Shown piece by piece: positions 1 through 7,956 of a stretch of 24,882 nt of DNA. Under the pieces are notes generated by a model. That model was not told where the DNA came from. It saw nothing but the letters and a program-made list of their open reading frames with translations, and searched no databases. The stretch covers positions 1-24,882 of IMG/VR virus record IMGVR_UViG_3300045988_109074. The stretch is one strand, 5' to 3'. The translations under genes and the position numbers were made by a program. The stretch is from a virus. Position 1 is the first letter of the stretch, and every line of letters starts with the position of its first letter.

Positions 1-74
1 TCTAGAAAGAGAACTTTTAAAGTTTTATATAAAATAAAAACTTACGAACTTTTAATTCCGTAAGTTGATTTCAA

Positions 75-149
<75 letters not shown>

Positions 150-215
150 ATTACTTTTTTATTTTAGCATATTCCAGATGTAAAATCAAGAATTTACCCT
201 CATAACGGAAACAAA

Positions 216-239
216 AAAACTAGCCTATTGGCTAGTTTT
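216..239. terminator. bidirectional intrinsic terminator
   Basis: Perfect inverted repeat AAAACTAGCC-TATT-GGCTAGTTTT, A-tract on one side and T-tract on the other. Confidence 0.75.
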
Positions 240-367
240 AAATTTGGAGCAGGTAGCCATAAATACGTTATTTCATATTGTTTGTATATATTTCTCACTA
301 TCAAAATCCCACTTTTTTAGCCTATTATAGCATAAAATATTTAATAATATTTCTCCTATTGCATACT

Positions 368-523
368 TTATTGCATACTTTTTTCACTATAAAAAATCTC
401 TATTAAATTCTTTGCTTCTTCTAACGTATATCCTTCGTTTGTTTGATACTTCATCATCAATACAATCAATGCTTCTCTTTTATCATATTTTCTACATATT
501 TCTTCTACAATTAATTTTTCCAT
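368..523 (-). CDS. hypothetical 51-aa protein (not in ORF track)
   Basis: ATG preceded by AAGGAG; MEKLIVEEICRKYDKREALIVLMMKYQTNEGYTLEEAKNLIEIFYSEKSMQ*. Confidence 0.5.
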   Translation of the reverse strand: MEKLIVEEICRKYDKREALIVLMMKYQTNEGYTLEEAKNLIEIFYSEKSMQ

Positions 524-585
524 TTTATTTTTTCTCCTTATCAGAGAAACGCGTTTCTTAATCTAGTTAAATTATATTTACATTT

Positions 586-654
586 TTCGACAAAGTCAAG
601 AAAAATCGTTCGACAAAATATTACTCTCTCAAGTGTTTTGAGAAATTCGACAAA
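586..654. promoter_or_regulatory. cluster of three TTCGACAAA boxes upstream of the HTH regulator
   Basis: TTCGACAAA at 586-594, 609-617 and 646-654 in the divergent intergenic region. Confidence 0.55.
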
Positions 655-771
655 ATAAGAAATGAGTGTTTTCAACGGTTTCAAGATTTCAATATGGAAC
701 TGGGAGTTCCATATTTCCTTTTCTGAATAAAAATATTAGAATATAGATATAATAACCACAGGAGTAATTAT

Positions 772-1098
772 ATGTATATTTTCGCAATAAAACCTTTAAG
801 AAAGAGTAGAAATGTTAGTTTATATGAGCTTAGTAACTTAACTGGTGTGTCAAGAACTTATTTAAGAAATTTAGAAAATAATAAATCTTTTAATCCTACA
901 CTATTTATTTTAGATAAGATAGCAGAAGCTTTAAATGTAACAATAAAAGATTTGTTTTATTATGACAATGATATAGAAGATTTAAGAGAAGAAATGGATA
1001 TTAGAATTGAAAAGTTTGGAATACATTCTAAAGAAGTTTTAGAAATATCTCAAATAATAGATTTGCTCGTTAATGTTAAAATGAATGAAAGAGACTAG
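772..1098 (+). CDS. XRE-family HTH transcriptional regulator (phage repressor-like)
   Basis: N-terminal helix-turn-helix pattern (LRKSRNVSLYELSNLTGVSRTYLRNLENNKSFNPTLFILDKIAEALNVTIKDLF); SD aggag before ATG. Confidence 0.9.
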   Translation: MYIFAIKPLRKSRNVSLYELSNLTGVSRTYLRNLENNKSFNPTLFILDKIAEALNVTIKDLFYYDNDIEDLREEMDIRIEKFGIHSKEVLEISQIIDLLVNVKMNERD

Positions 1099-1112
1099 CC
1101 TCTCTCGGCTAG
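1095..1112 (+). terminator. putative terminator of the HTH gene
   Basis: CTAGCC-TCTCTC-GGCTAG inverted repeat overlapping the stop codon; T-run ~10 nt downstream. Confidence 0.45.
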
Positions 1113-1218
1113 CCTCTGCTGTTTTTTCCTACAGCCCCCACAAGTATTTAGAAATAAATACTTGTTTATTATAACATATTGTTTTTGAAAAGTTTGTCGA
1201 ATTGTGTTTAAAAAATAA

Positions 1219-1240
1219 AAGGCTAGATTTTACTAGCCTT
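1219..1240 (-). terminator. intrinsic terminator of the toxin operon
   Basis: Perfect AAGGCTAG-ATTTTA-CTAGCCTT stem followed on the minus strand by TTTTATTTTTT. Confidence 0.75.
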
Positions 1241-1583
1241 CTAAATCTTCTAAATATTTTGAATATGTAGATATAAATCTTTCCAAGTCGTCATCTGAAA
1301 CTTGTCCAATTTTAAATTGTATTTCACTTTCCGAAATCATTATTAAATCGTCACATTTTACTATGCTGTCTTTTCTTAAATTATTAGTTTTATTTTTGTC
1401 TAATGGTTCATTATATGGATATGTAACTTTTTCTAATTGTGATGACAATAAAAACCCAAAATAATTTATGTCTATTGCTTGTCCATCATCTATTATTACA
1501 AAACTATGATTTTGTCCTTCGTTTCCATCCTTATATGCATAGTTTGATACAAAAACTATGTCTCCTACATTAAATTGACTCAT
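1233..1583 (-). CDS. PemK/MazF-like type II toxin
   Basis: Protein with FNVGDIVFVSNYAYKDGNEGQNHSFVIID start and LRKDSIVKCDDLI, the MazF/PemK-like layout by recall. Confidence 0.7.
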   Translation of the reverse strand: MSQFNVGDIVFVSNYAYKDGNEGQNHSFVIIDDGQAIDINYFGFLLSSQLEKVTYPYNEPLDKNKTNNLRKDSIVKCDDLIMISESEIQFKIGQVSDDDLERFISTYSKYLEDLEG

Positions 1584-1585
1584 CT

Positions 1586-1759
1586 CTATTTTGACTCTCC
1601 TTTATTCATAGAAGTATAATATATGATTTCATCTTTTGATAAAGAAGATTCTTTTCCTTCCTTCGTTTTACAAAATTGAGAATATGTTTTTATTAATCCT
1701 TTTTCTTTTGACTTTGCTATTAAGCTTGCAACTTTGTTTTTATAAAGACTATTAACCAT
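1586..1759 (-). CDS. small putative antitoxin (MVNSLYKNKVASLIAKSKEKGLIKTYSQFC...)
   Basis: Good SD (GGAGG) before ATG; ends immediately upstream of the toxin-like ORF. Start refined from the ORF track. Confidence 0.5.
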   Translation of the reverse strand: MVNSLYKNKVASLIAKSKEKGLIKTYSQFCKTKEGKESSLSKDEIIYYTSMNKGESK

Positions 1760-1939
1760 TTTTATACCTCCTTCCATATATTATTTCAAATTTTATAATA
1801 TTAATACTATTTTATTTAAAAACAAATAAAAATGATACAATTTATATAATTATTATAACACATAATTAACATAATATCAAACATTTCTATTTGCAAGATA
1901 ATATTATACCATTTTATTACATTTTGTCAATAAAAATCG

Positions 1940-1957
1940 TTCGACAAATTTGTCGAA
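1940..1957. promoter_or_regulatory. palindromic operator-like site TTCGACAAATTTGTCGAA
   Basis: Perfect 18-bp palindrome built from two TTCGACAAA boxes, upstream of the toxin/antitoxin ORFs. Confidence 0.5.
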
Positions 1958-2074
1958 TTTTGGAAGAAGGTTTTTCCTAAAATTAAGTCAAAAATCGCCT
2001 TACGAGAATCGCTTTTAAGCCTTTTTTATTTTCAAGGAATATACTTATATGGCTTGATTTTTGATATTTTTTAG

Positions 2075-2242
2075 TTATTTTCTTCTTTCGATTTCGTCTT
2101 CAAGCAAATCTTTATTTAATAAATAAATTGCTCTTATTTCGTCGCTTGGGAAATCATTTCTTTGTAACCTTCTATTTATTACTAATAAAGTTCTCTCAAG
2201 ACTTGTATCGCTTCTTTTTGATAAAGTATCTGGATTTATCAT
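2075..2242 (-). CDS. hypothetical 55-aa phage protein (not in ORF track)
   Basis: AGGAGG-AATTAAA-ATG; MINPDTLSKRSDTSLERTLLVINRRLQRNDFPSDEIRAIYLLNKDLLEDEIERRK*. Confidence 0.65.
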   Translation of the reverse strand: MINPDTLSKRSDTSLERTLLVINRRLQRNDFPSDEIRAIYLLNKDLLEDEIERRK

Positions 2243-2253
2243 TTTAATTCCTC

Positions 2254-3885
2254 CTATTCTATTTTTGCTGGTGTTAGTTCATTTTTAAATACTCCTATTT
2301 TTTCGTAAGTTAGAGTGCTTCCGAACTCATCACTATAAAAAACGCCAATTTCCCACGGCTCAACAGTATATTCATCTGTGTAATTTACTGGGTCTATAAA
2401 CGTTCCACCTTCTGCCCATCTAACCTTTAAAGCCATATAAGACATAGAGTCAAACAGTTCATTATAAACATCATCTAAATATACCCACGCGTCTAAAAAG
2501 TCGTTTGTAGGCGTTAAATCTCCACCTTTAAAAAACTTTGCTGAAGATTTTCTAAATGCTAAGCTTACTTCGTCAGCAAAATGTTCTAAGACTAATGACT
2601 TTCCTTGAACATAAACTCCGCCTTCCTCACGAGCTTTTATTGTTGTAGTATCTTTAATAAATACTTTCTCTCCGTCTGTTGCAAGTCCGTTACCTGTCCA
2701 CTTTGTTTTGTCCAAATCAAATTTTATTTTTTGCAATCTGTTTTCAATCTTATCTCTGGCTGGAGCTATGACTAAGTTGTCAGAACTGTCTAGTGTTCCA
2801 TAAATTAGTCCTTCTAAACTTCTTGTTCCGTAACCGCCTCTAATGTCATTTAGATTAATTACTTCAAAATTAACAAAATCTGTTGTTTTTAGATAATTAC
2901 ATTTATCATTTAGCAAATAATATGTTTTATCAAATCTGTTATAAATAATATCTGTTACAGTACATTCAAGTGGCAATTCTATTTTTTCCCAATAATTCTT
3001 TTTAGAAAAGTATGTTGTTACTTCTACATATTTATAAATATAGTTTTTGTTTGAAGGTAATAAATATGGCTCTTCATTTAGTTCTAAAAATGAGCTTATA
3101 TCTTCTTGAATTGCAAGTCCATAATCATTATTCATTTCAATACGATTTGAACCATTAAATGCTTTCCATGTACTACCCTCTTTATTTGTGAATATTAAGT
3201 AAGAGCCCTTTTTTGTATAAATAGCACTTCCTATTCCTAACACAGTATTTCCAGATGTATTATAATTTTTTGGATTCTTCATTCCTATGAAGCCATTTAG
3301 GGTGCTTATCAAATATACATCATTACTAGAAGCTTTTTCAATAGAATCCCAGTTGTAATAAGTATCATAAACTTCCCACGTCAATCCATCGTCTTTACTA
3401 TGTAATATTTTTTTATTGTTAGTAACGCATTTTAATACACCGTCATCTTGAATAATGTCCAAAATAGCATGAGGTGCTTCCATTTTCATATTATCTAAGC
3501 CACCGTTTGTGCTTCTATAATAGATTTTTGAACCAATTTGCCAAATCAGAATTACTTCGCTTTCTAATTTTAATACTCTCCATCTGCCCTCTACATCTAG
3601 TTTTTTTAAATATATTTCATTATCATTTATTTTGTCTGCTGTATCTGTAAATGTTTGTACGTCATCTTCTACTTTTCTAATGTTATGTTCTTCGTTAAAA
3701 GTAGTTTTTGAAGATTCTCCTATTTGGGCTATACCTAATTTTCCTGAAAACTTTTTATTATTTACTTTTCCTGAAACATTTAAGATAGTAGTATATGCGT
3801 TATATTTTTTTACATCTGACTTTGCAGAAACCTCTGCTTTATTTATTTGTGCAGATGGAGAATTTATTTCTATATTTCCTTGCAT
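2254..3885 (-). CDS. tail/receptor-binding-like protein with BNR (Asp-box)-like repeats
   Basis: Long ORF with Asp-box-like SKDDGLTW and TNKEGSTW; likely start at MQGNIEIN with SD AAGGTG. Confidence 0.6.
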   Translation of the reverse strand: MQGNIEINSPSAQINKAEVSAKSDVKKYNAYTTILNVSGKVNNKKFSGKLGIAQIGESSKTTFNEEHNIRKVEDDVQTFTDTADKINDNEIYLKKLDVEGRWRVLKLESEVILIWQIGSKIYYRSTNGGLDNMKMEAPHAILDIIQDDGVLKCVTNNKKILHSKDDGLTWEVYDTYYNWDSIEKASSNDVYLISTLNGFIGMKNPKNYNTSGNTVLGIGSAIYTKKGSYLIFTNKEGSTWKAFNGSNRIEMNNDYGLAIQEDISSFLELNEEPYLLPSNKNYIYKYVEVTTYFSKKNYWEKIELPLECTVTDIIYNRFDKTYYLLNDKCNYLKTTDFVNFEVINLNDIRGGYGTRSLEGLIYGTLDSSDNLVIAPARDKIENRLQKIKFDLDKTKWTGNGLATDGEKVFIKDTTTIKAREEGGVYVQGKSLVLEHFADEVSLAFRKSSAKFFKGGDLTPTNDFLDAWVYLDDVYNELFDSMSYMALKVRWAEGGTFIDPVNYTDEYTVEPWEIGVFYSDEFGSTLTYEKIGVFKNELTPAKIE

Positions 3886-3886
3886 A

Positions 3887-4219
3887 TTATTCACCTTCAT
3901 CATCACTTATAGCATAGCCAACTACTTTTAATGTATCTAATATCATTGGAAAAGTTCCGTCCGAATTTATTAAATCTGCTTGTAGAATATAGTCGCTTGC
4001 TGTAAGTTCTAGTGTATCTTTTGCTGTAAAAATAACTTGTGTAGACTTTTCTCCTGCTTTTGGTTTTACCTCTTTTTTTAGCACATTCTTTGTATTTTTA
4101 GCTGTTTTTTTTATTGCAAATATTACTTTATCTTCTTCTTGAAAAGTATAATCTTTCTCATCTATTTCTATATTTTCGAGAGGAACTATTAAAGTTCCTC
4201 CTCTATAAATATCGCTCAT
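3887..4219 (-). CDS. hypothetical phage protein (possible baseplate/BppU-like)
   Basis: Start refined to MSDIYRGGTLIVPLENIEID after AGGAGG-CAATAT; lies between the lysin and BNR-like genes. Confidence 0.55.
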   Translation of the reverse strand: MSDIYRGGTLIVPLENIEIDEKDYTFQEEDKVIFAIKKTAKNTKNVLKKEVKPKAGEKSTQVIFTAKDTLELTASDYILQADLINSDGTFPMILDTLKVVGYAISDDEGE

Positions 4220-4229
4220 ATATTGCCTC

Positions 4230-5735
4230 CTAATACACATTTTCTGAAACAAATCCATATCTTCCAGTAGCTGGAACATATATTTTATTAACATTTCCAT
4301 AGTCTGCTATAACTTTTACTCTTGTTTTAGGCAAGTAATAATATTTTGTTCCAGATAGATTTGAATTAGAATATATTATTGTATTGCTCTTAAATTTCTT
4401 GTATTGTCCTGTTAGATTTACTCCTAATCCTGTTATCGTTCCAAATGCAGAGTTATCTACATAAGCGTATCTGCCAGTTGCTAGCACATATATTCTATCT
4501 ACAGTATTTGATACATTTTGTAATATCTTAACCTTCGTATTCTTTAAATATGTATATCTTGTACCTGTTAAATTGCTATTTGAATATAATGTAGTTGTTG
4601 ATTTTAGTTTCTTATATTGCCCTACTGTATTTGGAACTTGTACGTTGCTATCTGTTAAGTAATCACTAGACACCCACTCATTCATTCCAATGTTGCTCCA
4701 ATTTGAACTTTCTTTGTAAACTGTTACTTTATCTCCGTTGTATTTTCTGCCTACTATACTGTAATTTGTACTAGGTCCACTTCTTACATTTAATGAAGTA
4801 TTTACTTTTACATATCTATTGTAAGTTGCTGTTGCTACGTTTGTGTTATCTTCTTTTGTATCTGTTCTATCGCTTTTGAATGCAAAGAATCCGCTATAAT
4901 TTGCATAAGCTCTAAATGTTTCCTTTTCTACATATACTGTATTTCCTTCAACTGTTGCCTTACCACGTCTTGTAGATAAGTTGAACTTACCTGAATACAA
5001 GTATGGGTCATATATCTTTAATCTATCTCCACTATCACATTGTCCATTTCCGTTAGTATCTTCATAGCCATATATTAATATGAAGTGTCCTCCTGTTGTA
5101 AATAAACCGTTTCCACAAGCTGATATTACCATATAGTTTTGTTCTAGTAAGTCACATACATCGTTTAGTTTATATATTTCTTTATAGCCTATATCGAACA
5201 CATCTGCAGTCCATCTAAATGCAGACCAGTAAGTTCCATTATTTGCACTTCTAAATCCATATCGCACATATAAATCAGCCATTGTTGTTGGTAATATTGT
5301 TCCTTTTATTGAACTAACTACCATTGCAGAACATGTTGGTCCACATGCACTTGAGCCCATTGTTTGTGAACTGTTTCCTGTTGAGCTATACATTTTATTT
5401 TTCCATCTACTATCTATTTGTGAATAATATGTAAGTCCTGTATATTGTCCTAGTTGTACGTTTGGAAGTTCTGAACTTCCGTTATACGCAATTTCTCCCT
5501 GTAATTCAAAGCCTTCATCTTCTACTTCTTGTTCTTCTAATGCTTGCTCATCTTCTAAATAAGCTTCTGGTATTTGTTTTGTAGACTGATTTTCTTCTAT
5601 TATGCTTACTACTGTTTCTACTCCCTCACTAATTTTGTCTACATCTTCTTGTGTGTATTCTATACCAAAAAATACACCTGCTAATGCTAACAATATTGTT
5701 ACAACTGCTGAAATTATTAGTTTCTTGTTTTTCAT
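4230..5735 (-). CDS. cell wall hydrolase: C39-like cysteine peptidase domain plus three SH3-like repeats, N-terminal membrane anchor
   Basis: N-terminal hydrophobic segment, SACGPTCSAMV / GHFILIYG / IYDPY catalytic-like motifs, C-terminal SH3b repeats (LNVRSGPSTNYSIVG; two GQYKK..KS.T.. copies). Confidence 0.75.
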   Translation of the reverse strand: MKNKKLIISAVVTILLALAGVFFGIEYTQEDVDKISEGVETVVSIIEENQSTKQIPEAYLEDEQALEEQEVEDEGFELQGEIAYNGSSELPNVQLGQYTGLTYYSQIDSRWKNKMYSSTGNSSQTMGSSACGPTCSAMVVSSIKGTILPTTMADLYVRYGFRSANNGTYWSAFRWTADVFDIGYKEIYKLNDVCDLLEQNYMVISACGNGLFTTGGHFILIYGYEDTNGNGQCDSGDRLKIYDPYLYSGKFNLSTRRGKATVEGNTVYVEKETFRAYANYSGFFAFKSDRTDTKEDNTNVATATYNRYVKVNTSLNVRSGPSTNYSIVGRKYNGDKVTVYKESSNWSNIGMNEWVSSDYLTDSNVQVPNTVGQYKKLKSTTTLYSNSNLTGTRYTYLKNTKVKILQNVSNTVDRIYVLATGRYAYVDNSAFGTITGLGVNLTGQYKKFKSNTIIYSNSNLSGTKYYYLPKTRVKVIADYGNVNKIYVPATGRYGFVSENVY

Positions 5736-6103
5736 TATATTTTACCTCCTTCTATCATTAGTCTTGTCCATTTATCGTGTATGTAGCTGTTACCTTGCAA
5801 ATCTTTTACGTAATGATCATACACTTCACAAGCTCTTTTTGTTTGTACATCATCTTTTTCAATTCCGTTTTCTATGTCTGCTAAAAAATTCACTAAAAAA
5901 TTCATGCACTCATTTTTATCTATTTTTTTAATGTATTTATTTATGTCGTCTGATTTGTCGTTAAGTGGTTTTAATGCTTCATTTAATTTTCTTTCCCACA
6001 CTTTGTCAACGGGTTTCTTTGCAATTTTTATAAAATTTACTATCATTAATATCGCATTTAAGAAACCTGATATTGCTATTAATGTTGCTATTATCTTATC
6101 CAA
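5735..6103 (-). CDS. holin-like protein
   Basis: TTG start after GGGGGTGAG; N-terminal hydrophobic segment, charged C-terminus, directly upstream of the lysin. Confidence 0.6.
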   Translation of the reverse strand: MDKIIATLIAISGFLNAILMIVNFIKIAKKPVDKVWERKLNEALKPLNDKSDDINKYIKKIDKNECMNFLVNFLADIENGIEKDDVQTKRACEVYDHYVKDLQGNSYIHDKWTRLMIEGGKI

Positions 6104-6118
6104 CTTTTCTCACCCCCA

Positions 6119-6868
6119 TTACTTTATATACTTTAATCTAATTACTTTTGTCCAAGTTGGACCCCAGCCAGTGTCTGTGTATATTAAAATATCTGTTCCA
6201 AATAGCATTATTCCAGCTCTATCATTAAAATTTCCATCATAACAAGTGCAAGGTAGTGGAACTACTTTACCTATAGTATTCAAAAAATATGAGTTTGCTG
6301 TATCTACCCAAATTCTACTTGTTCCTGAAATTCCATGTGCTAACCTAAAAGTGCCTCCAGCAGTTAGAGTATCTGTAAATTCTATTTGCTTCGCATAAAC
6401 TTTTTTCCCATTTATATATTCATTTGTTGCGATTTCTGTGTTTTCCTTTATATTTATTCTTGAAACAATTTCATTGTTTTCATAGATGTCACCATTTACA
6501 TTAAAATAATTGTTTCCGTTTTTATCTTTCCCATAATCGAAACAAGGTTCTCCCTCTTTGACAGTTTGAGAATAAGTCACACTTGATAATTTATCGTTAT
6601 AACATAATTCAAAAACATAGTTCTTTTTGTAGTTAAATCCAGTTCCAAGTGAAATTTCTTGTGGAGACGTACTGTTCCCACTAAAATAAGTATTGCCAGT
6701 ACCATATTTAAAGCCAGTATTTAAAACCAAACTTGTCCAAGCTGACCAAGTTGAAGAGCCTGCTTCTCTATATCTCCATTTAATTCCTAGTGTATTAAAT
6801 TTAGTTTTAGCTGTATCAAAATAGCCATTGTAGAAATTTCCTGAAAAGCTTAAGCTTACTCCTCCGCC
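6119..6868 (-). CDS. C-terminal part of DUF859-like tail fibre (frame-shifted from the upstream ORF)
   Basis: GGGVSLSFSGNFYNGYFDTAKTKFNTLGIKWRYREAGSSTWSAW continues the upstream protein after a +1 shift. No SD for the ATG at 6898. Confidence 0.7.
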   Translation of the reverse strand, partial: GGGVSLSFSGNFYNGYFDTAKTKFNTLGIKWRYREAGSSTWSAWTSLVLNTGFKYGTGNTYFSGNSTSPQEISLGTGFNYKKNYVFELCYNDKLSSVTYSQTVKEGEPCFDYGKDKNGNNYFNVNGDIYENNEIVSRINIKENTEIATNEYINGKKVYAKQIEFTDTLTAGGTFRLAHGISGTSRIWVDTANSYFLNTIGKVVPLPCTCYDGNFNDRAGIMLFGTDILIYTDTGWGPTWTKVIRLKYIK

Positions 6869-7943
6869 GTGTTGGAGTTGTTCTTCTAAACTCTGCATTT
6901 ATTGTTAAGGGAATATATGGTACTACTGTAAAATCTCCATTTGTTTGATTTAAAATTTTATAATCACTCATTTTATCTCTTGTATCTACCAAGCAAATCT
7001 TAAATTGTTCTAATGTATTATTTTCATAAGTCTTTGTGCCTGTTACAGTTGTTGTAGCACCACTTGTTGTTTTTGTAGCAGGTATATCATATATATTTCT
7101 TTCTCTTAATTTACTAAAACCTGCGTAATTTAAACATCTACCTGTTACACTTAGTTTTACTGTTGATTTATAATTTACTAATCTTTTATTGCTTCCTGTT
7201 AAGGCTACTGTTGTTGCATTTGTATCTATTGCTGTTGCACTATCAATTACAGGGTGCGAACTTTCTGGAACACTTATTGTCATTGTTGTTGTTTTTGTTC
7301 CTATTTTTGTGTCTCCTGAATATGTATCGCAAGTTATTGTTACTGTTCCTGTTTGACTGTTTGGAATTTTCTGATAAAAGCTTGCTGGTACTGTCCAGCC
7401 TAAGCTTGTACTACCTGTTTTTGTTGCTATTGTTCCACTTAAACCACTGAAACTATATGTAACTGTGTGAGTAAATCCTGAACTCGCCCTGTTTATAATA
7501 ATGATTGAAGAACTTCCTATGCTTGCGTCTGTTGCTGATATTGAACTTGCTCTTGGGATTGTTGTTAGCTCTGCCGTGCCACTAGCACTACCCCAAGCAG
7601 GACCCCAACCATTACCATCAGGCAAATCACAATCAGCACTTATAGTAATGGACTTTCTTCCGTCTGCGTCGTGCGTTATTGTCTTCGAGCCACTAACTAA
7701 TGCCACTGTTACTCCTGAACTTAAATTTACTGATTTTGTTGCTGGAAATTCTGTTCCATCTATTACTAATTTTTGAGATAATCCACTAGCATACGCTGTA
7801 TGTTTTGAACAATATATATATGCTGTAGCATTTACTGTTGTTTGATTAGTACTTGTATAATTTGAGTTCATGCTTTCTGACCAGTCTATAAAAAACGAAT
7901 AACTATCTGACCTCTGTGATACTCTACCATTTATTCTTGCCCT
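6816..7943 (-). CDS. N-terminal part of DUF859-like tail fibre, putative AGG start (ORF track start 7988)
   Basis: AAAGGAG-AAAGAA-AGG GCA AGA ATA AAT GGT (MARINGRVSQRSDSYSFFIDWSE); family assigned by recall. Confidence 0.7.
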   Translation of the reverse strand, partial: RARINGRVSQRSDSYSFFIDWSESMNSNYTSTNQTTVNATAYIYCSKHTAYASGLSQKLVIDGTEFPATKSVNLSSGVTVALVSGSKTITHDADGRKSITISADCDLPDGNGWGPAWGSASGTAELTTIPRASSISATDASIGSSSIIIINRASSGFTHTVTYSFSGLSGTIATKTGSTSLGWTVPASFYQKIPNSQTGTVTITCDTYSGDTKIGTKTTTMTISVPESSHPVIDSATAIDTNATTVALTGSNKRLVNYKSTVKLSVTGRCLNYAGFSKLRERNIYDIPATKTTSGATTTVTGTKTYENNTLEQFKICLVDTRDKMSDYKILNQTNGDFTVVPYIPLTINAEFRRTTPTRRRSKLKLFRKFLQWLF

Positions 7944-7956
7944 TTCTTTCTCCTTT

